From contig JAGIQG010000008.1 in the NCBI GenBank assembly GCA_024679065.1, forward strand, positions 86,552,001-86,616,000: a DNA stretch of 64,000 bases. Reading direction: 5' to 3'. The position numbers and the translations under genes are program-made. This document shows positions 1-13,721 of the stretch, piece by piece. The stretch's first letter is position 1. Each line of letters opens with the position of its first letter. The notes under the pieces are model-generated. The model had not been told where the DNA came from and searched no databases. It worked only from the letters and a program-made list of their open reading frames with translations. The stretch is from Sphyrna mokarran. Lineage: Eukaryota.

Positions 1-289
1 TTGGAGGCTGCAAAAAGATGAAGGGTGGGATTCTCTCATGTTTCTCAAAGATGGGAAGCTGTGCACTATTTGATGGCAGTGAGATTCTCTGGTCCCACTT
101 GTGTCACTGGGACTTTTTTTGAAGCCACACTATGCTGCTGGGAAACCCACAGATAGTGTGTGTTGCCAGTGGAACAAAAAAATCCCATCATCAGTAAACG
201 ACTGTAGAATCCTGTCCATAGATAGGTTAGTTGAGTGGGAAAATTGAACATATTTTGACAGGAAGGTTGAAAAAGGATCTTGTTAACTA

Positions 290-835
290 AATGGTGTGAG
301 ATTGCAGAGCTCTGAAATGTAGAGAGATCTGGGTATCATAGTGTATGAATCACAAAAGACTTGTATGCAGTTATAACAAGTAACTAGGAAAGCTAGTAGA
401 ACGTTATTGCTTATTGTGAGGAGAATTTAATATTTAAGTATGGATGTTGTGCTTCTATTTTACAGGACACTAGTGAGACCATATTTGGAATAATGTACAT
501 AGTATTGGGCTCAGTATTAGTTGAGAATGATGTAAATGCATTAGAAACAGTTCAGGGATGGTTTACAGGGCTAATACCTGAATTAGTATTAGGCAGATTG
601 TCTTATGAGGAATGTTTGGACAGGTTAGGTTTCATTGGACTTTAGAAGAATAAGAGATACGTCAATTGAAACATTAAAAACTTGTCTTGATAGGATGGAC
701 ATGGTAGAATCTAGTACTACGGGTTATTGTTTGAGAATTAGTCAACCATTTAAGACAGAGACAAGCAGAAATATTTACTTTCAAAGAGTAGTGAACCTTT
801 GGTATTCTTTTCCTTAAAACACAGATTTTGGCTGG
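290..835 (+). mobile_element. Degenerate CR1 LINE ORF2 3' fragment
   Basis: Decayed ERDLGV / LVRPHLEY / SYEERL / FQRVVNLW motifs with stops and frameshifts; similar to the intact copy at 31.1-31.7 kb. Confidence 0.85.
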
Positions 836-939
836 GTTTTTCCACTCCCATTTAAGTAAGCAGGTTTGAAGATGCAAGTGGAAAATACCTTAAGAAGGCT
901 AAAGTCACATTTCACTTCAGTGTATAAGTAAGAAGTTAA

Positions 940-1205
940 AGCAAGGTTTAAAGAAGATGTACAAGGCAAATTTTTACACAGAGGGTGGTGAGTGCCTGGA
1001 ACTCGTTGCCAGGGGAGGCAGTGGGAGTAGATACAGTAGTGAATTTTAAGTTCTTCTTGATAAATACATGAATAGGTTGGGAATAGAGAGAAATGGTCCT
1101 CAAAAGGGTAGAATGTTTTAGTCAAGTCAGGCAGCATGGTTGGTGCAGGCTTGGTGGGCCGAAGGACCTATTCCTGTGCTGTAATTTTCTTTGTTCTTTG
1201 TTCTA
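940..1205 (+). mobile_element. CR1 LINE 3' end (ORF2 end, 3' UTR, ttgttct tail)
   Basis: acacagagggtggtgagtgcctggaactcgttgccag (TQRVVSAWNSLP), gggccgaaggacctattcctgtgctgta, tail ctttgttctttgttcta. Confidence 0.88.
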
Positions 1206-1299
1206 ATAGTAATTCAGAAAAACAATAATAATCGTAACAACCCTGAAAGCAGGAGCAATTCTAAACACTTTCTTGCAGATTGAAAAGCCCCCAAAAACC

Positions 1300-1560
1300 C
1301 CATACATGCTAATGAACTTGGACACAGAGCATCTTCAGCCATAGTGTTCACCTCATCCAGAACCTTCAGCTACATCATTTTCCCGAAGCCCTATCCTTGA
1401 TTTCAACCTTTACATCTTTTGCATACTGCTTCTTGTTTATATCATCTGCAGATTGCATTTAGCTTCCACATGTATGCTGATAACATTCAGTTCTACCTTT
1501 CCACCAGCTCTATTAACTGTTCCTTTGCCTTTGTAATATCAGACAACACATCCAACATCT
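1300..1560 (+). mobile_element. Old L2-like LINE RT fragment
   Basis: agcttccacatgtatgctgataacattcagttctacctttcc = SFHMYADNIQFYLS, a decayed YADD motif in L2-like context. Confidence 0.6.
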
Positions 1561-1842
1561 AACCAAATAAGAAATAATAATTCACGCCAGTATTCTTATT
1601 TCCCAGTTTGTACTGGTCTTCCATTTTAAGGTATACAAGATCAATTTGGACTATTAATCTTACTTCTCCATTTTTACTGTGCTTATCTCCTTTTGAAGTC
1701 ATGATTTTTCTTCATTAACAGATTAGGAAGACTGATGCAAAAGTAAAATACTGCAAATGCTGAAAACCTGAAATGAAAACAGAAAATGCTAGAAATACTC
1801 AGTAGGCTTAGCAGCATCTGTGAAGAGAGAAACAGAGTTAAC

Positions 1843-2599
1843 GGGTCCTATTTTACCACTTTGATCCTAAGTGCTGGGTGGACTTGAAACTGAGAGTGTT
1901 TCAGATCCAGTTTTAGACCTGTTCTCAGGTGACCCCAAAAGCACTTTGCCTGAAAAACTAGCAGCAATTCTGAATCTTGCTGCAGAAGCCTGTGGGCAAG
2001 GGCTTAACATGCCCAAAATCCTGCAGCTCCAGTTGGCACCTCCGACTTCACATGCCATGCACAGAAAAAAAGATTATAAAATGTGGTCCCCTGCCATATC
2101 ATTTCTGGGCTGGATAATGTCTCCCCCTGGCTCCCACTGACATTGCCTCATCCCCACAAAAATACCCCTCACCCTCTCTGGCACTCAGACTGGTCACTGG
2201 CACCGACCCTTTTCCTCCTCACTGATCTCAGGCAGAGAACAGTCATTTCTACTCCCACCCCACCCCACCCCACCCCACCCCACCCCACCCACTAATCTCA
2301 AGCAGAGAGCTGTTGGACACTCAGCATTTACCTCCTAACTAACTGGATGGGTGGACACAGTCATAAAGGGGGAAGTGCCGATAAGTTTGGGCATGCAGCC
2401 TTTTAAGCCAAATAAATGCATGCAAATGTATTTAAATGGCTGACACGCCCCATTTTGGGCGTGGTCCTGATCACAGCCATTTTTGGCCTTGGTAAAGGGG
2501 GAACTGACACGGACATGGATCACACTACTCAACTCATGCCCGATTTTACTAAGTTTTCGCACCCAAAAATGGGCATAACATAATGGTAAAATCAGGCCC
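1843..2599. mobile_element. Non-autonomous PIF/Harbinger-type DNA transposon (MITE)
   Basis: 16-bp TIRs gggtcctattttacca / tggtaaaatcaggccc (13/16 match); 3-bp TSD AAC (1840-1842) / AAT (2600-2602, CpG decay); splits an older repeat cleanly. Confidence 0.8.
2254..2291. repeat. (CCCCA)n microsatellite, G4-capable on the minus strand
   Basis: About seven tandem CCCCA units. Confidence 0.9.
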
Positions 2600-3082
2600 A
2601 ATGTTTCATATCAGTCACCTTTGATGGAAGCATTTTCTGTTCTTATATATTTTTGAATCCATGGTCTTTGGCCCATCCCAAACTTTATGTTCTTTTTACC
2701 AATTCCATCCCCTTCCTCAACCTTTGTGTCACTGTGCTAAATTGTTAACAATTGAAGCATTTTGTTCTAATCACACTAAGCACTTGAATCCATAGTCCTT
2801 CCATCACAAAGATCAATCACTTCTACTTTATTTCCTACCCCTATCTTAGCCCCATGTCACTGAAACCCCATTAACTTTTTGATCACTTCCAGACATAAGA
2901 ATTCTAAAAACCTAACTGTGACTGAACATTTAGTCACAACTGATAATATCCCCAGTGAATGTTTTTAACACACTTTTGTTTTTGTTTTTGTTTAAATCAT
3001 GCAGCTTTTTAAAGTTCTTTCTGGATTTTTCTGATAGGCAAGAAGTATATAAATGCATATTCTTGCTGGTGAGCTTGACAAA

Positions 3083-3275
3083 TCATAGAATCATTGAAAC
3101 CCTACAGTACAGAAAGAGGCCGTTTGGTCTATCGAGTCTGCACTGACTACAATCCCACCCAGGCCCTACCCTCATCTTCCTACATTGTTATCTGCTAATC
3201 CCTCTAATTTACGCCTCTCAGGAAACTAAGGGGCAATTTTTAGCATGACCAATCAACCTAATCCACACATCTTTG
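3083..3275 (-). mobile_element. HE1/V-SINE-type 3' part with CR1-like tail
   Basis: atcatagaatcattgaaaccctacagtacagaaagaggccg...taaggggcaatttttagcatgaccaatcaacctaa is the reverse complement of the SINE tail. Confidence 0.8.
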
Positions 3276-4132
3276 AAATGATCACCCAGGAGAGTTACTT
3301 AAGCATGACTCATACCCAATTTAAAAAAAAGCTTCAGGAGAGGAATGCAAAAAAAAACTAACTTTCCAAACTCAGTATTTATTGCCAAATCTCATGAAAG
3401 AGATGTTTTCATGTCATGTGATTCATACCAACTGTGCTTGGAAGATGGCCTGATAATATGTGTCCATGTGGAAGACATGAATACAACCTTTAAAAAATAC
3501 AATTTTGGCATCAATAAATGCACAAAGCATTGATTGAGGCAAACAAATTGTTGAATGTGGAAATCAATTGGCTGGTCTTGAAAGATTGAATAGTTAAAAA
3601 CACCATGTAGTAGAGAGAACTGCGATTATCAGTGTCCTTGCCTTTGCTTGTCAGGTGGAATTACAGCACATTGTAAGATAAGTGCAAATGTTGCCTTCCC
3701 GTTAAAGTGAAATATTTTCAATCTATAGAATATTTTTCTTGGACCCTATATGAGATCCTGAGAGTTCCCATCATGGACAAAGGATTGATTTGATATGGGA
3801 GAAACATTTGTGCAATCTCTCTTGAAACTATTAAATTAGATAGCAACTAACTTGCATTTTAATAGAGAAAATAAGTTCAATTTTCTATAAGCATTGTATA
3901 TGAAAATATAAATAAATCATTGGTTATGCCATTTAATAGAAATATGATGCAACGATATTTAGAGTTACAAATATTAGAATGATAAAAGATCATTCGGAAT
4001 ACTGTGTGGATATGCACTCTCACTAAACCTGGATTCATTGCAAGAAAGAATTCTATGTTCTATGAAACTATTTTTAAGACAATGACTGCAATAATTTGAA
4101 AAGTAATTTGGCATGGTTTCTTATTACTGCAG

Positions 4133-4174
4133 GGATTCCAGAAGTATGTGGAGGACTTTGATCCTTATTCTATG
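4133..4174 (+). CDS. USH1C: USH1C/harmonin internal coding exon (42 nt, phase 0/0), GFQKYVEDFDPYSM
   Basis: ctgcag| acceptor, |gtaagt donor; peptide matches recalled harmonin DFRKYEEGFDPYSM; joins in frame with the next five exons. Confidence 0.93.
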
Positions 4175-5048
4175 GTAAGTAATGCAGCTAACTGGAGGCT
4201 AAAGAGGAGTTACTACAGCAACAAAATACCAAGCTACTTTTGGGGAGAGAAAGGGAATTTTGCAGAGGAAAAGACTTGGATTTTCATCTGTGAATCTAAC
4301 TTTGAAAAATGGCTGCCCAGACAACAAGATTGAAATTTTGCCATCATGTCCACTTTGGGAATCAGAATGGGCAACGTCCATTGACCTTGAGTGGGATTTT
4401 ACAATTTTAGGATGAACGAAGTCATAAAATCCCGCCCAGATCTATGAGCACTACTATAAGTCACGGTGAGCTATTCTGGATGGAGTGAAAAAGATACTGA
4501 ATGCAGAGTAGGGCTGGGTGAAACGCCTGCCTTGAAGCTCCAACAATGTGTCCAGACGTCACTCCCCCATGGCCCCTCATACCCTCCAAGCCAGGCTATG
4601 CTTCTGTCTCTTTTGCATATCATTCATTCTATGATAATCTATGGATAATCTGTACCCATTTTCATGGCCTTTATATCTCCTATGCCAGCTTAAGAGCAAC
4701 AGAGGAACCACCTCCCTTTGTCCTTATACTATCATGTCAACATCCTGTCATGGGCAGACCTCAGGATCATGCAGAGAAGGGATGAAACAAGTTCTATAAA
4801 ATTAAGTTATGTCTATTGAAGCTATCTTATATTAAAAAAAATCTCAAGCATAAAAACCCATTTATTATACTTACATTTCCTCAAAGTTCCTTTAGGAATT
4901 GAGTATATATGGTGGGGTACCTCAACAGTGAAAGGACATTTATTTCATATTCAATAAGCAGAATCCTTGGATTTTCTGGTTTCTTTGGTTGGGAATTCCA
5001 GTCCCATTGGGAGGGCTGGAAAATCCCACACTGTAATTTTTTTTTCAT

Positions 5049-5365
5049 GGACAGCACGATGGCACAGTACTTAGCAGAGCTGCCTTGCAGCGTCAGGGAC
5101 CCAGCTTCAATTCCGGCCGAGGGTAACTATCTGTGTCGAGTTTGCACATTGCCGTTGTCTGTGTGAGTTTTCTCAGGGTGCTCCACTTTCCTCCCACAGT
5201 CCAAAAATGTGCAGGATACGTTGATTAGCCACTGTAAATTGCACCGTAGTCTCAGGGAGATTAGTGGGGTGAATATCTGGGATTATGGGAATAGGATCTG
5301 GATGGGATTATTTTCTGTGCAGTCTCAATGGACCGAATGGTCTCTTTTTGCTCTGTAGGGATTGT
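5049..5365 (+). mobile_element. tRNA-derived HE1/V-SINE-type SINE, near full length
   Basis: Box A/B-like head (tggcacagtacttagca...gcttcaattcc), central gtttgcacatt...ggtgctccactttcctcccacagtccaaa, CR1-like tail. Confidence 0.85.
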
Positions 5366-8300
5366 ACATATAAACCAATATCCAACTGAAAAAAAATTTT
5401 TAAATGTTTGTTTCTAAATAATGCTGATTTATATCTGACCTTTGAATTAAAGTAATCTAGCAGTTTTGCATTTATGGCCTAATAAATTGCATTAAACGAG
5501 AAACAAACAGTTTTGCAAGTGAAAAAATAAATTATATATGGCTTTTGACATGTAAAAGTATTCTCTATTTCCACAACTAAATAACAAGTATATAGATAAA
5601 TCTCATGAGCCACGCACTAGAGACTGATAATGTTGTCCACTGTTCCTTATGTGGTCCTTGTTCTTCTATTTATAAATGGGTTGATATTGCCTGGGCTTGT
5701 TTAATTTTTTTTCTGGTGTTCATTATAGGAGAAAGTCCCAGGTTCAATGTCATTTTGTGCTGCTTGCTACTCATAATAGAGCAGCAATTGCCAAAATAGC
5801 CTTACCTTTAGCACTTCTAGATATCAGGAGAAAAAATCAGACAGATGGGAAAAATTAACAATGTTGTTGGCTGCTATTCAGTGGCACCTCCTGAAACATG
5901 CTTATGTGGAAGATAAATGATAACTGGGAGCCAAATATGGCATGAATAATACGTTATTCAAAATTACATGGTAGAAGCTCTTGGCCAAGACAATTTTGCC
6001 CTTTATCTTTTTTTTATGGTGCATCCTTGCCTTTCATTTCTTTTGGCAGGGGAATGAATTTGAAATGAAATGAATAGAAACCTGTTACAAGATATGTGAG
6101 AGAAGTATTAATAGAAAAATGGCTAAATTATGCAGAAAGCTCCCACTGTGTTTAAAACATATTTTGAAACCATTGTAAACAGCTCAGATGTTTCTACTGC
6201 AGTAGTAGAAACAGTGCCTCTAACAATGTATTGCAAATTTTAAATCATTCAATTCAAATTCGTTTCTGTAAATAACATTGCCAATTAAAAGTATTTATAC
6301 ATCATAAATCTACTCAATGTGAAGATGCATCACAGAACAAAACCTGTTGTAATGCTACTTTGTCTAAACTGTTGTTAACATCACAATCCTCTCCAAATCT
6401 AATAATTTGGCATTAAATACAATGAGTGTTTGGTGATAATCTTGTATACTGTTATCAATACCTAGTTCATGGTTCATATGAATATTTTAATAGTAATTTT
6501 TAGTTCTGGAAAAATTTAAATTTAGTTGTAGAAAATACAATAAATGCAACTAGCTGGAAAATTATTACACTTGAAAGGATGGAGCTATATTGATTTAAGG
6601 GATTAACAACCAGAAAGGTAAAATAATAAAACAGCAGGTGGCTTACTTAGCTGAAGAACTGGAGATGAAGTCTGTCCTGTTTGCAAAGCAATGCAGCCTA
6701 TAGAGTTGATTTGATTTGGGAGTTAAACCTACAATTAGTTAAAAATTGATCCCTGGAAGGTTACAACAGATGGTACAGCTCAGGAAGGTTCTTGGGTTTC
6801 AGTTTACCTGAGTGTTTGCTGGAGGAGTGAATGTTCTGCAAACAGGAGAACAGGCCATACCAAAAAGGTGATGTTGTTGACAGGCTCCAGGTAGCGACAA
6901 TGTGACTGTTAACTGTCTGTGTGTATTTGGTGCTCAGAAGATGTTCCAGGACCTTTTTGATTGCTCTGAGCGGATAGGATTGTGAAGAAGCCTTGGGAGC
7001 TATTTATATTTTGATGTAGTTGGGAAGATTGGAGCTTAAGGAAATCAATGAACAGTGCTAGCCCCCTGAAGCTAGCTGGCTATTAAAGAGCTGAAAATGC
7101 ATTGATAAGTAGAGGCTGAAGTGCAGACTTAGAAATACAGAGGAAGGGATTCTCATGAGAAGGATTTGAGACCTTTGGAAATGTGCAGTCATTGAGGCAA
7201 TCTGGGTTAGTTTGGCTTTGGGAGAATTCACAGGCTTAATCTTAAAATATGAAGAACTTGGAGAGAGAACATGAGAGAATTTTAATGAGATTGGTTATGT
7301 ATTACTTGCATCTGAGTGGGTTGTGAGCAATCTATGAGACCTGTCTTGGTGACTTATGTTGTTTATTGTATAGTGATGTGGTTGACCACTGTTGATTATA
7401 TTAAGCCTGAATGTTAAAGTATAAGACAAATATTCTGAATTTTCTTTTGAATAGCAAGTGGGAGGGTCAGGGAGGGAAATAGTAAGTAAAGGAGGGGTCA
7501 GCCAGTGGGCAGGTCAGGAATGGAGGCAGCAAAGCAAGGGGGTTGAAGAGAGAAATAATGAATTGACAAGAGTTGATAAGACAAGAGAGTTGCCAAGCTA
7601 GAGGGGGTAAATGGCAAATAGGCAGTAAGTTGAAAAATTCAGTATGTTATTAAGTGTTAATTAATTTGATCAGTCCATATGTCTTGGGGAAATATTTATT
7701 ATTGGTCTTGCAATGGAAATAGATGCAATACAAAGGGAAAATGGATGTCAATAAGATGAGAATGGATCACAGAGATAGATGAACGATGATTAAAGAGGAA
7801 GACGGATAACAGTGAAAGGAAAATAGGTGATTATAGAGAGAGGGGAAAGTGGATAAGCCTGAAAAAGTAGATCAATAAATGATACAAAATGGATAGCAAT
7901 GAAGAAGAGTAAATGAATGGCAAAGAAGGAATGAATAGGTAGCAGTAAAAGTGAGGAGAGGTGGAAAGCTGAATGAGTGACAATGAAGGTGGAGTAAGCT
8001 CAATGATAACTCTGGAAAGGAGGAAAGGTGTTGCAATAAAGGGGAAGAAAATTGATCAGAATAAAAGGAAGGGACTTTTTAATCTTTCTCATGAGATGTG
8101 ATTGTCACTAGCAGGGCAGCATATGTTGCTCATTCCTAATTGTCCTTGAGAAGGCGGTTGAACCACTGTCATCCATTCTATTTGGTATACCCGCAATATC
8201 GTTAGGAAATTAGTAGTAATAAAGGAGATACAGAAAGGGCAGAAACTGAGAATATCACTTGGGGTTTCAGGAAGAAAAAGGTACTAAGATTATCTAAAAG

Positions 8301-9431
8301 TGAATGGTGAGGAAGGGTATTAGATGGGAGAAGATCAGCAGGATGTTCCAGGAGTATGGAAGGAATGCATCTGCCTAACTTGGCTGGAAAGGCATATGAG
8401 CATCATATTGAATTGAAGGGATGAAGATGAGTTCCAGAACAAACGGAGAGATATTGGCGGAGAGCTGTGTTCATAGCAACACAACATGCCCATGATTTCT
8501 GGGCTTAGTGCAGATAATCCCAGCAGTATGTGACATTTGTCACTGCAAAGATGGCCTCAAATTGTAGTCAAAGGACTCCTTTCAATTTTGCACCTTTCAA
8601 AGGCAACTACTCAAATGCACAATTACCATTATAAAACAGTAAGACTTTAACCAGACAACTAAGATTGGCTTGCTTGAATATGAACTGCATGTTTAAGTGA
8701 CCTAATTGATTGTCCAATTAGAAAGTCCCAAACTCTGTAATTTAACAGGAGTGCCAGTTCCTTGGCACTCCTGATGCAGGCTACATACGGAGAGCATTCT
8801 GTATAGCAGCATTGTTGGATTGTGTAAATGAAGGGACTTTTGTTCATGAGGACTTATTACAAAAAATCTTTGAGGTTAAGAATGGGATATGAATTGAATC
8901 AAAAACCAGAATCTTAAGATATTCATCTACAGCGATCAATTCTCCCAGCCCACTGGGCTGCTGTAGCATTGCAAGAGGCCGGGAAACATCAGCAGGAGCT
9001 TTGACAATACTAGAAAGGCGATAACATTTTCCTTTGCCACCTTTACTATAGCAAGTGTGGCATTGCACAAAAGTTATTCATTATTGTTATTGAGTCAATT
9101 TAAAATATTGCACACAATTGTCATGCAAATCGATAGTAAATTGTGTCATTAACATTTTTAACAACATTGATAATTTAATTCAAATATAACCTCTCAATCG
9201 CATTAGTATAAATTCATCAGTCATAAATGAATATCAAATTATTTAGACATGATTTATAGATGTGACAGGAATTTAATTCATTAGATGTTCTATTCATAGT
9301 ATATCATTGTTTGCTTATCTTGATCTATTTGAAAAATAAGACATATCTTTGTCTGATAAAGTGTGAATCTAAACTATATTGATATGACAGTGAACGGCAC
9401 AAAATTAATCAAAGATATAATTATATTCCAG

Positions 9432-9485
9432 TTCACATCAGAGCAGATTGCAGGAAAGGATGTTCGCCTCTTGAGAATTAAAAAG
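9432..9485 (+). CDS. USH1C: USH1C coding exon (54 nt, phase 0/0), FTSEQIAGKDVRLLRIKK
   Basis: ttccag| acceptor, |gtaacc donor; matches harmonin FTPEQIMGKDVRLLRIKK. Confidence 0.96.
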
Positions 9486-10659
9486 GTAACCAGGAATAAT
9501 GTGTCAGCAGGATGCATTCAAGTTCCTAATTGGTAGCTTGCTGTTTTATATGCTTTATTTCCATTACATTTTCCTCAATACAATCTTCATCTACAAGTTT
9601 AAACAAAATACCTTGAGGAGGGTCCAACTCTGCATTGCGGTTTTTACTTCCAATTCGGTTTATTGTATGATAAATGCAATGTTTTGTCCATGGAGCATTC
9701 TATAAATAATATTTCTGAAATGTCATCTTGGTAGCAATCTTGGCTCAAAGCCACAGATTGCATATTCAAGTGCTAGGATTGTCATTCCAGCTTGCAGAAC
9801 GAACATTTGGCTTTTGGCCAGGTGTCAACATGTAAAAATCGCAATGGGGTTGGGATTTTCAGTGGGGGAACAAAAAATCGATGCATAATCAACAAGGTAG
9901 AAATTGGGAACAGGAAATTTAATTTGTAGTTTGAAAATAATCAGTAATTTTTCAAGAATAGTTAGCATCAATAACTATCAAGATAATTTCAAATAAGTGA
10001 TTAATACAGTTTTTTTAATGGTCCTGTTTCATCTACAGTTATTTTTCATCAGGTCATAGCTGGTGATTTTAATTCTCTTGCTTTAATTTACTTAAACATG
10101 CAAATTACTGAACACAAATGACAGATTAGAATTGTAGATGTGCCATTCATAATATTTCCATTGGCAGAACTGTGCACATGCTTTGAATCTTGAAAATGCC
10201 AGTGAAGGTCATGGGCTGAGTAATACACTGGGGAGGTAAGGGCAAGTTCCATATCTGGAAGTCGACAGCCTTTTAACTTCCAGGCCCACCTTCAGAACAC
10301 GCCCAATAAAATATTTATTGGAACTTGTTAATTTCAGAGTGAGGGGAGGAAGTTGAGCCACACATGCACAGCCTGAGAGGAAGTGGCTGAGTCAGCAGAT
10401 TGGGGCTGGTGAGAAGGAAATTATCCCAATGCCAGAAAAGGATCAATGACCTAATGAGGGCAGCCAAGACAAGGAAGGCCTCAGCATGTACATGATGTTA
10501 TTGTGCACTTAAAGCTTTGGTCCAGTTGTAGAGTGGGTGGTTGGCAGAATGAGCAGATGATGAATGGGCGTAGTATCCAGGTTCGCACAAACTTAGCTAT
10601 TAATGGGTAGGCAGTACAGCATAAAATAAACAGAAACTGTTAATGAGTGGATTCTTACA

Positions 10660-10900
10660 CATCTTTTCAGGAGAAACAAATTTGGAAAATCTAGGACACA
10701 AAAGCCCAGCCTCAGGATAAGGGGCTGATAATTTAAGACTGAGATGAGGATAGATTTCCTCACTCAGAGAGTTAAGAAACTTAAATTCTTAATCCCCCAG
10801 AAGGTTGTGGATGCTCTATTATTAAATATATTCAAGACTGGGACAAATAGACTTTTGATTTCTCAGAGTCAAAGGATATGGGGAGAGATTTGGAAAATAA
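10660..10900 (+). mobile_element. Degenerate CR1 3' fragment
   Basis: atttaagactgagatgaggatagatttcctcactcagagagtt...aggttgtggatgct...aaggatatgggg. Confidence 0.7.
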
Positions 10901-11433
10901 CATAAAGACAGCAACCTCAGTTGAATCCTTTATAATATATTTGTGTCAACTTAAAGGGCATCCAGCCATATGTTCCCCAAATTAAGAATTACCCATCAGC
11001 AAGGGAACTGACATGTAGCTCTTCAGCTGACCAGCTGAGTTTTCTCTCCAGATTTTCTTGCTGTCTGACTACAGAAAACAACTGCTTTTGTAAAATGTAA
11101 AGCAGTTGAGGGGAATCTCCAGGGCACAAAGGTAAATGTAGCACTTGAGGGGAGTGGGACATGATCAGTCAGTGCAACCCTGGCAGGGGGTGCCAGCCCA
11201 GAATTTTCTGATATGACATGCCAGGGCTTGAGCTCACTTGCACTATAAAAGTACCACCAACAATTTACAGCAATTTATATTAAAAAAATGTTCATGACTT
11301 TCCTAAAGTTTCCGAAAGAATACCAGGCTGCCTGCACAGCTTTTCATTCACTCTGACTGTTCTTTCAGTCTCGGTAATTCTATCAAGTGAATTTCTCCAA
11401 TAACACTTCCTGCTATTAGTATTTAGAAACAGA

Positions 11434-11554
11434 GGCAGGAATTTTACTGGCCCTTCTATCTGATTCCGGGGATGGACGAGGCTTGGAGAATGACATTCTC
11501 CATTGGCCTTCGGCAGGATCATATGAACCAATTTGTGCCGGTAAAACCCCATCC
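11434..11554. mobile_element. Short Harbinger-type MITE
   Basis: Imperfect TIRs ggcaggaattttactgg / ccggtaaaaccccatcc, same terminal motif class as 1843-2599. Confidence 0.5.
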
Positions 11555-12137
11555 AATATATTCTAATAAAAATATTTTAAAACTATCTATCATTATCTAT
11601 GATTAATTGTAACTTAATTAATTTTCTTTTCTAACTATGAAAATAATCATATTACAATCATTTTGATATTAATGTTACCAATTTAAAATTGAAAGGTTCC
11701 AGTGACTTGGGCCGAAACTGAATTAGCTAAGTCTCCTGACATTAGGTTTACAGTGATGCTGTCCATTCTCTTGTCAGGTGCTTCCACTCTGGTAGTTATT
11801 TATGTTAACAGTTAAAATTGGCATTTTAAATTTAACATTGCTAGTTGTAATATTACTTATTTGTAAAAAGACAGTTATTCAAAAGTTTCAAATGTGATTT
11901 CCATTTTTGCTTGTCCGTCATTTGTATGATGTCTCGAAATGTTCCATGTAGACTACCAAACTGCTACCAGACTCACCATACATAATCATTCACAGCGAGA
12001 CAAGGAGACAAGGCTGTTCCAGACAGAAAGTCTACACTGTAAATGTAGCATATAAAAACTGCTGTGACAACAAAAGCCAATTGTTAATTTGTTGATCAGA
12101 GCTACAAAATGTCATTGTTACATATTCTGTTATATAG

Positions 12138-12237
12138 GAGGGACCATTGGATCTTGCAGTCGAGGGAGGCATTAACTCCCCACTTGGAAAGATTGTTGTA
12201 TCTGCAATCTACGATGGAGGTGCTGCAGACAAGCATG
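12138..12237 (+). CDS. USH1C: USH1C coding exon (100 nt, phase 0/1), N-terminal half of PDZ3, [33 protein letters not shown](G)
   Basis: tatatag| acceptor, |gtgaga donor; matches harmonin [34 protein letters not shown]. Confidence 0.97.
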
Positions 12238-13419
12238 GTGAGATTATTGCTTATATGTTCTGGTGTCCTCCTGTAGCTGGGTGACTTAGAAAACCTCCAT
12301 TTACAAGATCATTTTATTATTCCAGCACTTCACAAGCAGGAGCTGAACACATGAGGAAATGTTCACCCAATGTTCATGCAATAAAATAAATACTTTTGGT
12401 AAAGGTAATGTTGGAAATTAATAATTTAAACATGTAGTATTTCTCCCCATCCTAAGATATTTTTCTAATAAATATCTTTTATTTTCTACTATTCAACCAA
12501 TTTCTTATCCATGCCCAACATTTACCTAAATTCTCAAGGTTTTGAGGTAATCACTTGCCTTCCGCAGTGAAGTTTGTCAGATATCTCCTGTAAATTCAGG
12601 TATAACCTTTTACAAGGTTTACCTCATTGCACTTGGGATGTTAATTCCTTAAAATAATGCAAGGAGATTAGTCAAGGAGATTCATCACCTTCTAAACCCA
12701 CATAGATACATTTTCTTTTGTGGGAAGAAAATCCCACAAAAATGAACACACAGATCCAGTAGCCAAAATCTGGAAAACTGAATTTCCACTTTGTTAAAAT
12801 TCCTCAGTTTTATGGATATATCAGTGCTTCAACTTGATTGGTCGAAATCATCAATTACGGAGCTATATTTTCCAGCCGTCTAAAAGCCAGTAGGGTGCAC
12901 ATCTGCAAAGAAAGGATCCAACAGCGGCTTTGTAGGCTAGATCAAAGGTTCACAACTGAGGATCTGCATGAAGATTTCATTGGGTCTGCTCGTAGCCCCC
13001 TTGCTCATGAATGCACACAAGTTAAAGTAAATTTTATTTAATTTCCAAAGTTTACTTTATTCAGAGCGCAGAGATTTAATCTTCCAACTGCGTGTCACTG
13101 ATTGACATTGGCACACTCAGCATCACTCCAAACCTCAATTCAGCCACACACTGATAAGGAAAGGAAAGAGTTATTTGACTCAAGAGGCTCACAACTCTCA
13201 GTCCAGCTTCAGCCATGCTTAGAGGAAAAGCATGTGCTCTAAACACTTGTTTGGAGATTGTAATTTCCCTGATCTATGGGACAAATAACAGTTTTTGGCA
13301 GTCATTTGCACCTTGTAAAACTTTCTATTTTCAGCCTTTGCTGCAACTTGGAAGCAGTTTATGCAGCCTATTTAATTAGTACTCATCACCAACACCAGTG
13401 GGAGCTGCAACAGCAGCTG

Positions 13420-13590
13420 CCAAAAGATGTGCAGGTTAGGCAGATTTGCTATGATAAATTGCCTCTTAGTGTCACAGGGATTAGCAGGGTAAATACATGG
13501 GGTTATGGCGATAGGACCTGGGTGCAATTGTTGATGCAGTCTCAATGGGCTGTATGGTCTCCTTCAACACTGTTAGGATTCTATGATTCT
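13420..13590 (+). mobile_element. HE1/V-SINE-type 3' half
   Basis: ccaaaagatgtgcaggttagg...aaattgcctcttagtgtc...tail ggattctatgattct. Confidence 0.8.
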
Positions 13591-13721
13591 CCACACTGGC
13601 TTGTTGAAAATCGGATTCAGATGCCTTAACAGGTTTGTGGGTGTGGGCATTCATCAATATGCAAGATCATCCAGAATAGTGATTTTCTGTTCAGTCCTGA
13701 ATCATAAGGCGTTGTAGAAAG

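Larger units (their letters stand above)
1735..2630 (-). mobile_element. Penelope-like terminal-repeat fragment split by a MITE insertion (1843-2599)
   Basis: aaaacagaaaatgctagaaatactcag...gcagcatctgtgaagagagaaacagagttaac resumes as gtttca... after 2602; same family at 27908 and 41525. Confidence 0.6.

Noticed and set aside
1-4132. Upstream harmonin-b (PST/CC2) exons
   Set aside because: No matching peptide with splice sites found; the region is mostly TE relics, so these exons probably lie before the window
6570-7440. Possible solo LTR (also 45295-45620)
   Set aside because: Composition is suggestive, but I could not define TG..CA ends, TSD, PBS or PPT
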